Shown: positions 25,179-36,702, counted from the whole stretch's first letter. The stretch: 61,679 nucleotides of DNA, filler included, from Asterionella formosa (GCA_002256025.1; 16 parts of 16 records of this genome joined end to end with filler, not necessarily neighbours in it), one strand, 5' to 3'. The notes: generated by a model not told the origin, from the sequence alone. Numbers and translations: made by a program.

Positions 25179-25501
25179 GCTAACAATTCCGAACAAAGAT
25201 GAAGGAGAATAGGAGAGGAGATCCGCCCACAACAAGCAACAGCAAACAGTATCAAGCAACAAAAGGCAAGAAAACATTGCACTTGCTTACCATCATGTAT
25301 ATAATTGTCCCCTTTGCACCAGAGGAATTGTTTCAACAATGCGACAAACAAATGATTGATAGTCTGCCTGACACAGAGCACGACACATTTCATTCTTCCC
25401 AAGGGTCAACCCTGCCCTGCCAAAAACAGTTTGTTTGCTGTTGCTTGTTGTGGGCGGATCTCCTCTCCTATTCTCCTTCATCTTTGTTCGGAATTGTTAG
25501 C
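25179..25501. repeat. Perfect 70-bp inverted repeat pair around a 183-bp spacer (MITE or foldback)
   Basis: 25179-25248 is the exact reverse complement of 25432-25501; no clear TSD. Confidence 0.93.
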
Positions 25502-25570
25502 TAGCAATGATTATTTTATCAAATAGAACCGAATCAAATCAAAAGAAATGTTGGTAGATACGTTTTATAT

Positions 25571-26106
25571 ACCCTAACCCTAACCCTAACCCTAACCGGT
25601 AAGGACAACACAGTGCACTTCTACATATTGATATCAAAAGACATACAACCGGTACTAACGCATTCATTCTCATACCAGTTTCCATCTATAGGATTAGTCA
25701 TACTGTGTGCTACAGTTACATGCCCAGCCCTAGAAGGGCTGGATGCTCTATACCCTAACCCTAACACTATGGTAAGTACAACACAGTGCACCTCTACATA
25801 TTGATATCAAAAGACAAACAACCGGTACTATCACATTCATTCTCATACCAGTTTCCATCTATAGGATTAGTCATACTGTGTGCTACAGTTACATGCCCAG
25901 CCCTAGAAGGGCTGGATGCTCTATAGGGATGACACCTAGAGGCGTCGTCCCTTTTCCCTAACCCGTTCTATTGATACAACACTATTCGAAAAATCAATGA
26001 ACCCCTATCTTTACATACCACCACACAGCGCACACCCTCCTGGTGTCCTTTGCGGTATTATTGCAGGCATGATCCAACGAATCTACCATCTAACCCTAAC
26101 CCTAAC
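25571..26106 (+). mobile_element. Penelope-like retroelement remnant interleaved with telomeric repeats
   Basis: (CCCTAA)4 at 25572-25595, two units with 173-bp period separated by (CCCTAA)2, CCCTAACCC at ~25956, RT thumb fragment IDTTLFEKSMNPYLYIPPHSAHPPGVLCGIIAGMIQRIYHL (25967-26092), then CTAACCCTAACCCTAA. Confidence 0.8.
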
Positions 26107-26619
26107 TCAAACTCCTTGTACCAGAACAAAAACCAGGAAGAAGCCAATGACAAACATGCCAATCAACAAAAATATACCCAGGACTTGCAACAATCGACGT
26201 TCACAATAGGCTCTTCCAATTGCTTCTTGGTCCAAAATAACAGCATCTGCAAGTTCTGGTTCATCCACAACCTCAGCAGCGAGTACTGCTGCAGATTCCG
26301 GCTGGCCTTCTGAAAATGCGCCAGGACATGCCTGTTGTTGTGGTGGTGCCACAACAGGTATAGTAACGTCTTCCGACTCTTCATGATCATTCTTTTCTGA
26401 GGATGTGGGTGCCAAATTCTTTTTCTTTTGCCTTTGTGCATTACTTCTACTAGCAATTTCGATCTTCTTTTTGAGGAACGACGATTCTTCTTCGTCACAC
26501 TGAGTTCCTTCTTGGAAAGTCGACGAAGCAGGGGACTCCTTCTCATCCAGGGTGTCACTGGGTTTCTTCTTTTTGCTTCCACCGTCATCATTCTTCTTGT
26601 TATTGTTGCTTGACGACAT
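26107..26619 (-). pseudogene. Single-pass membrane protein N-terminus, apparently truncated just after its TM helix
   Basis: Low-complexity N-terminus, PGAF and VLAAEVV motifs, RR + hydrophobic helix, as in diatom type II surface proteins; the stop TGA runs directly into GTTAGGGTTAGGGTTAG. Confidence 0.6.
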
Positions 26620-27525
26620 AGTTTGCCTTGTTGTAAACGGTCTCGAAAGCGAAGAGAAACAAAATTAATGGACGATGACATATTTATGCAATTCTCGCGA
26701 TAGATATGGCAACTTCATATACCCGTATAAATATATACTTAAATATGAACACGTCAGCCCTGTCAACGTCAGACGACGTCAGATATAAGTCACAAGAGAA
26801 CGATACTTTCTCTTGTTTTGTATGTGTAACAACCGGTGTTTTAATAAGCACTTACCGGTATAGTCTTTGTTTGTTTGATCGTTTTCATCTCTTTTATCTT
26901 TGCCATAGTTCCGCTTAGCCTCTTCACATCGAGATCTTTACAGTTCATCAGACCCATCGCCTCTGAAAGGGCGAAAAGAAGAATTNNNNNNNNNNNNNNN
27001 NNNNNNNNNNNNNNNNNNNNNNNNNNNNNTTAATTAATTAANNNNNNNNNNNNNNNNNNNNNNNNNNNNNNNNNNNNNNNNNNNNAGCATCATGGTTTGT
27101 CAAGAGCAAATGCCAGGATGATCAATTGCTGGGATTAAAAATACGGAATGACTTGTCCCCTTTCAGTGATTCAATAGCTCCTTTTCGATTTGGTGGCTGG
27201 CCAACCATCAATGTGGACAAAAGAAATCGGTAAGTTTTATCAGCCATCTTTGGATCAATCCACAACTGTTAGAAGAACTGACACATGTGTGTTGCTTCTT
27301 TCAGGATAATGGTAGACAAACAGTATTTGTAAATTACAAACAGCAGTGTTGGAGCCCATTTATTGATCATTACTTTGCTTCTCATTCAATCTTCAACTGA
27401 CACAATCTTTTACAGAAATATGCATCAGTTACTTCCTCAATTTGTGGTAAGTGAAGATAGAAGCGAAATGCATGTTGTGGTGTAAGCAAAACATGAACAG
27501 CTAACAATGAATTGCTTCTCTTTGT

Positions 27526-28000
27526 TAGTGATAATCATGGAGGTGAATTTACTGGTGTTCCTTTCCTGCACATGTCAATGTTGAACTGAATTAAAGATGT
27601 AACTACTACAGTCAAGAATCCACAAGCAAATGCAATCTGTGAATGTTTACATCAATCTATCAGTAACAGTCTACTAGTTTTGTTAAAGGCTCATTCTCCA
27701 ATGAATGAATTTCAAGCTCAGAATATTGTGGATACATATTTTGCAGTTGCATCATATGCAGCTCGAGCTACTTTTCATAGCATTTTACGTATTTTACCAG
27801 AAGCATGGGTTTTTCAACCTGATATGATATTAAATATTCCTTTGATTACAGATTTACAATTAATATAATACATCAACGTCGACAAGTAATAATTGACAAA
27901 CGTTTACGTCGTGTTAATCTTATTATTACAAAGTGGGTGATGAGATTTTAATGCTTTTGGATAATCCTACTACTTTGGATGATTGCGGACGAGGTCCTTA
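27526..28000 (+). mobile_element. Ty3/gypsy integrase core remnant
   Basis: DNHGGEFTG..F..*IKDVTTTVKNPQANAICECLHQ...VFQPDMILNIPLITDLQLI...YKVGDEIL, with stops and frameshifts. Confidence 0.85.
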
Positions 28001-28139
28001 ATCTTCTCTCAAGGCGGAACTCTCAGTCGACTCAACTCACTTCTTCCCTGCTGCAATGGCTGACCCCAATGTATTCGACAAAATAAGATGAATACAGTCA
28101 AAACAATAACAATGAAAAGGAAACAAAGAAAAGAAAGAA

Positions 28140-28516
28140 ATATGTAGATACATCTACAACCTACAACAACAAAGTCATGTATAATGATAAATATGGAAAA
28201 CCTATGGATTCTGCTGCACAAGGGCTCACCAGTAACCCAGCAAATGATAAAATTACAAGAGACAGAAGAAATTACAGTGGTCACAATCTATCAAAAAATG
28301 ACATGGACATAGAGAAAATGAAGAAAGAGGTAGATACATGACAAACCACAATGCTGATGTCAGATACAATGATAAAAACGGAAAACTTACCAATTCCGCC
28401 ACACAAGAGCTCACTGGTAACCCAGCATACAATGAAATTATAAGAGAAAGAAACAATTACAGTAATGAAATGGACACAAAGAAAGACGTAGATACCTCTA
28501 CAAACAACAATAACAA

Positions 28517-28559
<43 letters not shown>

Positions 28560-28680
28560 AGAAATAATGATAAACACGAAAAACGTGCTGGAGATTCCGC
28601 CACACAACAAAGGTTCACCAGTAACCCTGCAAACAATGAAAAGACACAAGACACCAGCAATTGCATTGATCACAATCTAT
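28140..28680 (+). repeat. Three degenerate coding-like repeats with an (AAC)n expansion
   Basis: GTAGATAC...AATGATAAA...ATTCYGCYRCACAA...TCACYRGTAACCC recurs three times (VDT..NDK..SATQ.LT.NPA); (AAC)n at ~28504-28555. Confidence 0.75.
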
Positions 28681-30707
28681 GGAACAATCCAACTGATGCA
28701 GTGATCATGTTTGAAAGAATTTGCGCATCCCCAAATGTGACACAGATCAATCACCACAGTTGTACTACAAAATTATGCCCACAATGTGAATTGTGGAAGG
28801 AAGGTCATCGTTGGGTGCAATATTGGCCCCCTTAAGACTTATCAATTTCCCATGTGTCTCTACAGGCACAAGTGCAATTATTAATTTAGTTTTAACATAC
28901 TATAACATTTTATTTTCCTCCCTAGCATGGTACATACTGTGCCATAGGTCAAGCATATGTATAATTGCACACTGCTCTGAGCTGCCTAAGTTGGCACATT
29001 TACATGGGTTGCAGCTTTGGCTTGCACCTGTGCCATGGTCAACAATCCATACTCAGAAATCAAATTCAAATTGATGTTGTTTGAATCAGGAATCTCAATG
29101 AGCTCCTCCCAACCAAATGCATTAACTCTCCGACAAAAGGACCTGGATGTCATGTATGTGATGCTTCACTGATATTCTAGTCATTAAGCCTAGTACATAT
29201 GTATTTTGGTACTCAAAGCAACCACGCATGGTTTAAGCTAAATGTTAACACTTCAATGCATCGTGCATTATAATATGCATGCTGTAGACTAGGTATTATC
29301 TTTGCGAGACTACCGGTATTATGTTAAATTATTTGCTTCACATATTCATTGATTTTACGTCTGCCCGATTTCGTCCTCACAATTATAATAAAACATCCTG
29401 CCTATCCTGGCTGCCGTTGCTCAATTTGGGCTTGCAACAGGATCTTTCGTTTTCCTTTTGAGCCCATCGTCTGCTGCGTGTTACAGTTGTTAGAGTGGAC
29501 TGGAGAGTATAACAGTGAAACTTTGAATGTGATCGTAGTTAGTACTATTTGTCGAATTTCCGATTTGATTGCTACCATGGTCCGTTTTGATCACTTCCAT
29601 CATTGTTTGTTGTTCCGCACTGTTGTTTTGATTCGAGTGTAACTATCTTCATAAGGGCTTATGTATGTATCAATGACTTCTCTTTGAAGATGTATTTTTG
29701 TAGATATTATTTGTTGTTTTGTATAGTTGTTGACCATGATGTTAATATTGCCGCCAAGTAATGTTTTTCTTGCACTAACACGCTTTGCTATATTTCTACT
29801 ACAAGTTCGTATCACAAGCTACATAAAAATTCTCAGCTAGAGCGAGTCAATAGTGCTCTAGCAGCCTGGCGATCACGCTTGCTCAGAATGGAATGATCAG
29901 GGTTGTTTGGTGTGAGGAATGCCTGTGGCGGAGAGAGTGCTACTACTTGTGTCAGGCTACAACAGCGATGTGAATGGTTGCAGCAACCAGATCATCTATG
30001 CTACATAATGATGCAGGTCTAAATTGGTTTCTAACGATGCAAGTCAAAATGGAGTTCAGCTTTTTCCTTCTTCTTTTGGTCTTTGATTGTGTGGTGAGGG
30101 AAACAAGAAGTCCATGTTGCCTGTGTATTTTACTTCATTTCTAATCCAAAACAATGTTTTCTATTTCTCATTTGAGGCTACTTATTACATCGCATTTCAT
30201 ACTTTGGTTGCTCCAAACATAATGTTCAATTTTCGTTGATGTTTCATGTTACAATCCCTCTTGTGTGTTTTACCCTTGTTGTACCATTTCTACGTGTATT
30301 ACTGTTATTCTGGCTGTCATGTTAAACAAATCGGCAATTTTAATCCCTACAATTCGATGTGCCCCATATTGCCCCTAAATAAAAATGAAACTTAAGAAAT
30401 TACTTAGAGCCTAAAAATGACTTGGAAGTATCAAAACGGCAAGACGATAGCTAGAGCGGGAATTGCTGTGAATCACAACGCTCTGTAGTGAATCACAAAT
30501 CCGATAAAAATGTTATTCTGATATTTTTTTATATTCGAATACATATTCTCACAATCGGTAGTTTGATTGAACATTTCTCCCAGCCTTCGTCGTGTCTTCG
30601 TTCCTTCTCAATATCATAACCTACCGTTGCCTTACATATAAGCGTGGCACAGCAAGCTCGAAGCTGCATAGTATACAACAGACTACCGCACATTGTAGTT
30701 CCACAAA

Positions 30708-30849
30708 ATGACAATTGCATGCACATACATGCTCACGGGAGACGTGGGAGGAACGAACTCTCGCATGGCGCTCTATGGAGCGGCGTCGTCCATTCCCCTT
30801 TGTGTCAAATACTACCGCAACGAGGAACACATCAAAGAAAAGAAGGATG
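30708..30849 (+). CDS. GLK: Bacterial-type glucokinase, N-terminal fragment cut by contig end
   Basis: MTIACTYMLTGDVGGTNSRMALY matches the L.GD[IV]GGTN.R.AL phosphate-1 motif. Confidence 0.8.
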
Positions 30850-31329
30850 NNNNNNNNNNNNNNNNNNNNNNNNNNNNNNNNNNNNNNNNNNNNTTAATTA
30901 ATTAANNNNNNNNNNNNNNNNNNNNNNNNNNNNNNNNNNNNNNNNNNNNGTACCTGGTACCAACTTGCTTGGTGTTTTGTTGCTGTCAGATACTAACTAT
31001 GTAGGATACCAGTACCTACCTGGTTGCTATGACCACCGTAGATACGGAGTCGCTTACCTATAACTTCTGGTATTTACAAATGCGAGGAAAATATACGGAC
31101 CGCCCCTTCTTCTCACAGCTCAGGGGAGGAGGTGCGGTTGACGACGGTTGTCACTATGGGTTAAACAAAGCTAAAGTTCTCTCCAATCTTCCGTTCTCGT
31201 ATATATCTATGTATAAATACATGTATTATTCGCAGATCACCCACACACTTCGTATTCCCTCCATTCAATCATTTCTTCACCCATCGCCTTATTCGCTGCT
31301 ATACGACCCACCACCGGCTATCGTCCAAT

Positions 31330-31618
31330 ATGCCTCCTGCTGTCGAAGAACCCTCGAGTGCGCTTGATTATGTCATAATGACTGCAAAGGTGAGCACCAT
31401 CATTGGAATACAGAAATTTTGTTCTCAGCTAGCTCCTTCGCTAACAAACCCAATGGCGTTCCGCCTTGCCACCTTGTGAATTTCATCAGATACTCTTCGC
31501 CGTTTCACCCCTCCTTGTGTTGGGATATATTCTGATGCTGGCATTTGAAGATGAAGAAAAAGAGGAGAAAAAGCGGAAAAAGAAGATAGACTTTCAGTTG
31601 GATGGCCATGCGGAATGA
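31330..31618 (+). CDS. Spliced 62-aa single-TM microprotein; exons 31330-31389 and 31490-31618
   Basis: AG|GTGAGC donor, CTAAC branch point, CAG acceptor (100-nt intron); product MPPAVEEPSSALDYVIMTAK-ILFAVSPLLVLGYILMLAF-EDEEKEEKKRKKKIDFQLDGHAE. Confidence 0.7.
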
Positions 31619-32568
31619 GAATCTCGGCATTTCATACTAGGGTTTCCGTTTTTCACACGTATGATGGGTGTTTCCGTCGTGGCTGGTGGTGATTGAGAGT
31701 AAGAGTGCCGAATATTAAATGGGCGATGAAAAATTAGAATCTTCTACTTTGATCCACTTTCAGCTTGTTGTTGTTATCGGACTGTCGCAGAAAATGTGCC
31801 AGACGGCAGCGTTGATGTTCGCAAGTTCGTCCTGTTTGTACTTTGGAGTAGAAATTCCCTTGGCTTGAATTTTTCTCATACATTGAATTGTTTTTCCCAC
31901 GGGGGAGCAATAATTTGGACCGCCTTTCACTCCATTTATAGGTCGTCAGACTGTTTCTATTTCGAAACCTTTTGTTGACCCTTAGCAAATAGCTAGGTTG
32001 GTCTCCCACCCTAGAATGTATGTGAACACAATCTCACAAAACCGCATTTCTAGGTGAAGGCTGTAAAGTGGCTGAACTAATACATGCTTCAAATAGATTC
32101 CGCATGCGATCCTGAAGTCTACCAACTTCTTTTTTGGTAGGATCAACTGGCCATCTCAGACGTTTGGATGTCTTGGTTTTCCTACTCCTAATACATACTA
32201 TGATAATTCATATACCGGTACCCCGGTACAAAGAAGTATATAATTCGTGGACCGTTTGGTGAAGAAAATCCGGGTTAGTCAAACATTGTGACGGACTTGA
32301 CAAGGAACCCGGAGTTTTCTTGGAAGTTGAGGCGATGTCAAACAAAAGATTTGCAGGTGAGTTTGGATTTGTTGACCATGGTGGCCCTTCGATGGTCATC
32401 TTTGGGGAGGTTGCGATGCCAAGTAACTGAAAGCCAACATGCATGCCAATAGAAAGAATCAGATAAAATGCAATGGTGGAACGACGCTCTAACTTTCGAC
32501 CCCGCAATGCCAAATCTCACCTATCGTCAACTTGCTGGGCCCATTTTCTTGTACAGAAATATACAAAA

Positions 32569-33003
32569 ATGAAGGTTATCTTTGCTCTCCTTTCCACTGT
32601 GGCCGTTGCTGCCGCATTTGCTCCATCTGTCAATGTCCAGCGAAGTGCTGTCGTTATGAACGCCGAGCCTACCTCTCGTAAGGCCTTCCTCTCCTCTGCA
32701 GCTCTTTCTGTTTTCGGTGCTGCTGTCCTCCCCGTTGTTGCCAACGCCGGAACCATGGCCCAAGAGAATGTGTCCGACCCGACCGAACAGTGGGAAACTG
32801 GCTCGCCTACCCCTGCGGCTGCTGCTGCCCGTACGGCCCGCTACGCAAATGCCCGTACCCAGATGAACTCCAACTTTGCACCTATCAAGCGTCTTACTTT
32901 GGAGCGCAAGTCCCCTGTTACACGTTTGGACATTAACGCCCCTTACTTCACTGCCTACAAGGAGACTTTCCCTGGACTTTACAAGACTCCCCCTGGAAAA
33001 TAA
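32569..33003 (+). CDS. Nucleus-encoded, thylakoid-lumen-targeted protein of unknown function (144 aa)
   Basis: Signal peptide + AAA-FAP motif, transit peptide, SRKAFL Tat-like motif, hydrophobic stretch and ANA cleavage site; C/T-ending codon bias suggests high expression. Confidence 0.88.
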   Translation: MKVIFALLSTVAVAAAFAPSVNVQRSAVVMNAEPTSRKAFLSSAALSVFGAAVLPVVANAGTMAQENVSDPTEQWETGSPTPAAAAARTARYANARTQMNSNFAPIKRLTLERKSPVTRLDINAPYFTAYKETFPGLYKTPPGK

Positions 33004-33392
33004 ACGGTTGATTCTTGGTCGGAAGCATGAAATAGACGATTCAAAGTTTCTGACATTGACCAAAACAGTTTGGGATATATCCTTTGTCTAGTGTTGTGAT
33101 ACACGTAGATATCTGCATTTCGCTATGAGGTAGAAACCTCTACAGGGCTTCATAGCCGTTATGTAGTTTTTCTAGATTGGGAATTGCTATGTACCATTTT
33201 ACTTTCACTCCCCACCCAAACAATCCTCGAAACCACGGAAAGAAATATCACTACAACTTGTCCATCGTGCTCCTATTCTTCCTCCCACTTTTTACAAATT
33301 CCACCACTGCTTTCAGACGAATGTCAGTTCCTGCTAATATAAGTGCATCAAAATTGGAACATGACACCAACAACCGCAACAAAATATGCTCG

Positions 33393-34050
33393 CTACATCG
33401 GCACTTGTTCTCCTGGCATAATTCCACAGTTGGCATAGTGACAAGGATGAATCATCTCACCTGTCTTTAGACAGACATACATCCCTTCATCCTCAGTCAC
33501 AGTCCTCCAGTTCCATCTAAAAACGAATAAATAGGTAAATTAGCAGCGAAAATAAAAACGAATCATGAGTGTGTTTAGTTGCGAAGAAGAATCATACATA
33601 CCCTTCAGAAGCGAACTCAATAGTATTTCGAGCAGCATTTTGATAGATCTCATTCGCATCCGACCATAATCTAGTGCGAATACGATTGGAGTACTCGCTT
33701 CGCATGGGGATCGGGACAACCTCAACCTTTTCTTCGAATGTTATACGTTTTGCAGGCTTGTGTGTTCGTAGTGGTGCCGACTTGCGCTTTTTGCTTAAAT
33801 TAAGTCGATCTTGAACCCGATCGTATTTGAGCACCTCTTTGAAGTGTGTGACTTGTTTTGTTCGCGGGTGCGACCATGTAGTGTCAGCGGATTCAACTTC
33901 CTTGGGCGCCATTTCTGCCGAAGTTGTGTCCATCGGCACGGTTTTCCTCGAATCAATACCGATTCTCATAAAGAAATTGTTTCTTACTTGCTGAGAACTT
34001 GCTGGCTTCAGCGGCGTCATCATGGTTTGAGTTTGGGTCATCGTGGCCAT
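33393..34050 (-). CDS. Uncharacterised diatom-type protein with KRITF motif; exons 34050-33602 and 33516-33393
   Basis: 85-nt GTATGT..TTTAG intron joins NTIEFASEG to [27 protein letters not shown]; stop TAG 33393-33395. Confidence 0.82.
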
Positions 34051-34339
34051 GTTCTTCTTGTTGCAACAAAAACAGTGTTGGATAGTTGACAATTAGTACC
34101 GGTAAGTGATGAATGGCAAGGCAGCCATCCCTAAGTGACATGCAGTGTCACTGCATGATTCGTCAAAATTCGTCATTATTGCCTACGCACTGCCTGCTAT
34201 AATGATGTACAGACATCATCCAGGGCATCGACACTTCCATTTTTTGTATGAATGAACGAACATCCTCGGCAGTACAATTCGGTGCCAAGATATGCGTGTC
34301 ACTGACCTGGTTGCAGGTCGGGCATGCATTGCTTGCCCT

Positions 34340-34713
34340 TGCACTGCTACTGGTACATAGCACATACCAGTACGCACCAGTACAAGGTTATCTATGTACC
34401 AGGTACCGTTAATAAGTACTCCGAGAACCTCCATGTACTACTAGATTACCGGTAAGGCAGTGCGTACATGACAATATCATTGTACTGGTACCAGAGTACC
34501 TGGTACCTGGTACCTGGTACCCGATGGGGCAACAACAAGGGCAACATACTACGACAGGTACTACCGGTACCGGTCGTATATAACAATCTATATCGGTGAC
34601 CAGGAGTCAGTGCGTGCGTACAGTACTGGGACCTGGAACCACGGGTACGGTAACCGCAATATACTGTAGTACGTAGGTATTGGGATTTACAGGCTACCTA
34701 CTGCAGATGTCGT
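34340..34713. repeat. GTAC/TACC(W)GGTA-dense low-complexity tract
   Basis: Includes (GTACCTG)3 at ~34496-34516, TACCGGTA at 34447 and 34562, and TACGGTA, TACAGTA, TACTGTA, TACCAGGTA variants. Confidence 0.8.
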
Positions 34714-34813
34714 NNNNNNNNNNNNNNNNNNNNNNNNNNNNNNNNNNNNNNNNNNNNTTAATTAATTAANNNNNNNNNNNNNNNNNNNNNNNNNNNNNNN
34801 NNNNNNNNNNNNN

Positions 34814-36370
34814 CTTGCCTTGATCGCCGCCCCTGTGGTTGCCGAGATTTATCTCAAGGAACAATTCAATGATGAGGTGCGTTTTTAGTGTCATAACTAA
34901 GTTGGAGACCTTTCCATATTCATGTAGGGGCTGGTAATGAATCTACTCTCCTTATTGATGAGTTCTTGTTGAATTGAAATAACACAGTGGCCGAATGATC
35001 AGCTTTGTTTAAGCTTCATAGATTCTCGTCTCACAGTCCTTCTCTCTCTCACTCACTCTCGTTTCAGGGCTGGACCAAACGATGGACCGAGTCAAGCAAG
35101 TGGAAGCCAAAGGCCGACATGGGAAAGTGGGTCAACACCGCTGGAGAATGGTACGGGGATAAAGAAGACAAGGGAATCCAAACATCCGAAGATGCTCGAT
35201 TCTACGGCTTAAGCGCCAAGCTTAGCAAGGAGTTCAAGAGTGAAGACAAAGAGTTGGTTATCCAATACTCTGTCAAGCACGAGCAGGACTTGGACTGCGG
35301 TGGTGCCTATATCAAGCTTTTGCCAGGTGGAAAGAAGTTTGATGCTGCAAGCTTTGGCGGGGATTCCCCTTATGCTGTCATGTTTGGACCTGACATCTGT
35401 GGTTCCAGTAATAAAAAGACGCACGTCATCTTGCACTACGCAAAGAAAAACGACAATCTCCTCATCAAAAAGACTGTAAATACCGAGTCAGATAATTTGA
35501 CCCACCTTTACACTCTTGTTATTCGCCCCGACAACACCTTTGAGGTATTCATTGACAACAAGTCGGTAAGAAAAGGAAAGCTTGAAGATGAGTTTGATTT
35601 TCTCCTTGCAAAGGAAATCAAGGATCCTGCGGCATCGAAGCCCTCGGACTGGGTTGACAATGCCAAAATGCCCGACCCTGAAGACATTAAGCCTGAAGGA
35701 TATGATGACATTCAAGCCGAGATACCTGACCCAGACGCCGCCAAACCTGATGATTGGGATGATGAAGACGATGGCGAATGGGAGGCGCCAATGATTGACA
35801 ACCCCGACTACAAAGGACCATGGAAGCCAAAGATGGTAAGTATTTCAATGCGTTGCATCTCATATACACTTTGTTTACCGACCTTGTGAATGCCGTCAAT
35901 CTTTTTTGGTCACTCAAATCGGGTTTCCTTTCACAGATTAACAACCCTCTCTACAAAGGCAAGTGGGAGCACCCAATGATTGCTAATCCAGATTACGCTG
36001 AAGATGATGAAATGTTCATGGTCTGTAAAGATGGATGTACTCATGTTGGATTCGAGTTGTGGCAAGTTAAGACTGGTACCCTTTTCGACGATATCATCAT
36101 TACCGATAGTTTGGAAGAAGCGCAGAAGTTCGCAGAAGAGACTTTCTTCAAGAAGAAGGACGCTGAAAAGGAAATGTATGACAAAATCAAAGCAGAGAAA
36201 CGTGAGGCAGATATGCCGGAGGATATGGTAAGTTGAACCATGTAGAGCGGGACCAGCTGAGAGTTGATTTGCAAAAATGCATTAATGATTCTTTCCATTT
36301 CTTTTAGGGTGAAATGGGAGACGACATGATGGGCGGCATGGACATGGATGGATTTGGTGACGAATTCTAG
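34814..36370 (+). CDS. CRT: Calreticulin, 5' partial; exons <34814-34876, 35068-35835, 35937-36227, 36308-36370
   Basis: KHEQDLDCGGAYIKL, MFGPDICG, P-domain repeats (KPxDWD, WEAPMIDNPDYKG), GFELWQVKTGTLFD; three GT-AG introns keep frame; ends GFGDEF*. Confidence 0.97.
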
Positions 36371-36702
36371 CTGCCACAATATCTGTCGTACTTTACAGTG
36401 TTGACCGCCTATCATTGCAGGGTTGTTTACGTACTTAATTTTTAGTCACTGGGTCCCACAATTATGAACAGTTGTTAGATATAACGAATGAAATTGTCGA
36501 CACGAACAAATATCGTCGTAATCATTCAAAACAACCTATTTTGTGTTCGTAATACAATGCGTAGCTTGGTGCAACATGAGGTTTCACCCATTTTAAATAG
36601 AATCAGTTTTATTCCGTCGTTTAGAGGTAGAATACGTTGCAGCGGAGTACGCTGTATGTAGCAAAAATTATAAATTGCAAACGTTGCCCGGGAACCGTTC
36701 AA

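Noticed and set aside
26940..26985. CTGATGA on the minus strand near the PLE contig end, possible hammerhead
   Set aside because: No stem II followed by GAAA in the required order.
31734..32513. Minus-strand ORFs of 91 and 101 aa between real genes
   Set aside because: Non-ATG starts, no recognisable motifs and no convincing splice model, although a real gene cannot be excluded.
34877..35067. Longer calreticulin intron 1 with TGATGA, possible box C/D snoRNA
   Set aside because: No downstream CTGA box D or terminal stem seen.
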